From a bacterium (GTDB taxonomy: Bacteria > Patescibacteriota > Microgenomatia > Levybacterales > UBA12049), in assembly GCA_021777565.1 (NCBI GenBank), contig JAJYDJ010000001.1, positions 160,142 to 224,141 on the forward strand: a stretch of DNA of 64,000 nt, in the 5' to 3' direction. Shown here piece by piece: positions 62,571 through 64,000 of this stretch. Made by a program: the position numbers and the translations under genes. Numbering within the stretch: the first letter of the stretch is position 1; every line of letters begins with the position of its first letter. The notes below the pieces were generated by a model. The model ran no database searches. It was not told the origin of the DNA and saw only the letters and a list, made by a program, of their open reading frames with translations.

Positions 62571-63792
62571 AGCCGGGAAGGTTATTTACGTCGGCAAAGC
62601 AAAGCAGTTAAAAAATAGAGTTTCTTCTTATTTTCAAAGTCCCACGCGCTTAACGGGTAAAACAGCTCTGCTTGTTCCACAGATCGCAACGATTGAAGTC
62701 TATGTCGTGGAGTCAGAACTAGAAGCGCTGCTTCTGGAAGCGCGATTTATCAAGAAATACAATCCAAAATATAACATCATGCTCAAAGACGGAAAAGCAT
62801 ATGTTCTTATTCGGGTCACAAAAGGAGAAACTTATCCAGCAGTTGTCACTGCAAGGAAAATGGATGATAAAAAGTCAGTCTATTTTGGACCATTTCCCAG
62901 TAGTACGGCAGTCAGAGAAGTTCTGCGGACACTGAGAAGAATATTCCCATTCCAGTCAGTCCTGCACCATGATCGAAGGCCATGTCTGTATCATCATTTA
63001 GGTTTATGCCCATGTGTGAGCGCATTCCCCAATACACTCCCTGCCTATAAAAAGACGATCAGTCATCTTATTAAATTTCTTGGTGGGCATACCAAACAGG
63101 TAGTGAAAGATTTGGAAAAAGAAAGAAATGTAGCAAGCAAACAAGAGGATTTTGAATTGGCGGCCAAACTGCAAAAACAAATTGACGCGATTGCGTACGT
63201 GACGCATCCTATGCATCAGGCATTTGAGTATGAAACAAATCCTCATCTCGTAGATGACCTGCGTACTCAGGAGATGGAGGCATTGCAGCAGGTATTGAAC
63301 GGACATGGGGTGCCAATCGGGCTTCCAAAACGTATTGAGTGTTATGACATTTCTAACTTTCAAAGTTCCTACCCAGTGGGTTCGATGACGGTTCTGACGA
63401 ATGGAACTATTGATAAAAGTCAGTATCGTAAATTTAAAATGCATAGTACCGGCCCAAATGATTTTGGTATGCATGCTGAGATGATGCAAAGGCGTCTCAA
63501 ACATGATGAATGGCCACTCCCTGATCTTTTTGTGATCGATGGAGGCAAAGGCCAGGTAAGTGCCGTACGAGAAGTAATTGAACAGGATCCACGATTTGTG
63601 GGAAAGCCATTACCAATGATTGGACTGGCTAAACGTGAAGAGACTATGGTCACGCCAGATCTAGAAGAAATACATATTCCTAAAAGTAGTCCCGCGCTGC
63701 AGCTGGTGATGCGTATTCGCGACGAAGCGCACAGATTTGGGATTACCTTTCACAGAAAACTTCGATCCAAAGGATTTTTGCCACAACAATGA
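62488..63792 (+). CDS. uvrC: Excinuclease ABC subunit C (short, no C-terminal HhH2)
   Basis: LPQKPGVY..IYVGKAK.LKNRV GIY-YIG; RIECYDIS, IDGGKGQ, RIRDEAHRF. Confidence 0.95.
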   Translation: MQESHFSLPSSSYGSLPQKPGVYVYHDKAGKVIYVGKAKQLKNRVSSYFQSPTRLTGKTALLVPQIATIEVYVVESELEALLLEARFIKKYNPKYNIMLKDGKAYVLIRVTKGETYPAVVTARKMDDKKSVYFGPFPSSTAVREVLRTLRRIFPFQSVLHHDRRPCLYHHLGLCPCVSAFPNTLPAYKKTISHLIKFLGGHTKQVVKDLEKERNVASKQEDFELAAKLQKQIDAIAYVTHPMHQAFEYETNPHLVDDLRTQEMEALQQVLNGHGVPIGLPKRIECYDISNFQSSYPVGSMTVLTNGTIDKSQYRKFKMHSTGPNDFGMHAEMMQRRLKHDEWPLPDLFVIDGGKGQVSAVREVIEQDPRFVGKPLPMIGLAKREETMVTPDLEEIHIPKSSPALQLVMRIRDEAHRFGITFHRKLRSKGFLPQQ

Positions 63793-63795
63793 GAA

Positions 63796-63999
63796 TTATT
63801 TTCTTGTAATCGTGTAGCTGAAAGGGAAATAAAGGAATGCAGCTGGTGGATCATCCGTGAGATATTTTTGAAAATCAGTATAGTATTTTTTACGCTCTGT
63901 CTCATCAGTCGTTTTACTCCGTCCATTCTCGAGAAGTAAATCGATACGAGGACTATTATACCTAGTAATGTTGTTATCCTCGTTGGAGTGCCAGAGTGT
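63796..63999 (-). CDS. C-terminus of a family-5 (oligopeptide) ABC substrate-binding protein, partial
   Basis: TLWHS...NITRYNSPRIDLLLENGR...ERKKYYTDFQKYLTDDPPAAFLYFP. Confidence 0.85.
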   Translation of the reverse strand, partial: TLWHSNEDNNITRYNSPRIDLLLENGRSKTTDETERKKYYTDFQKYLTDDPPAAFLYFPFSYTITRK

Positions 64000-64000
64000 A

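Overview
Core-chromosome window of a Patescibacteria/CPR bacterium, most likely Microgenomates (OP11), judged from 16S signature changes, a short EF-Ts, a truncated UvrC and gene content. It carries hisS (partial), dnaB, a stand-alone 16S rRNA gene, four tRNAs (Cys, Ile, His, Leu), glyA, metK, rpsB-tsf-frr-rseP, the oxidative pentose phosphate genes (pgl, zwf, gnd), proS, rpsU-ybeY-dnaX-ybaB-recR, cysS, efp, a complete atp operon, uvrA, uvrC and many membrane or surface hypotheticals. The most striking signals are regulatory. (i) About 30 start codons have a TAnnnT -10 box 6-7 nt upstream, which implies pervasive leaderless mRNAs, while Shine-Dalgarno sites appear at only a few genes. (ii) hisS is preceded by an unannotated His-rich, itself leaderless, leader peptide with attenuator hairpins. 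(iii) proS is preceded by a compact T-box riboswitch whose 5' domain is non-canonical. (iv) metK is preceded by a minimal SAM-I-like riboswitch lacking P4. Also notable are an orphan DNA-hypermodification-family (aGPT-Pplase1/HMUDK-helical) gene and two surface proteins that share an N-terminal module but carry different catalytic domains (CHAP vs HExxH). All calls come from reading the sequence by eye; no searches or folding programs were run.
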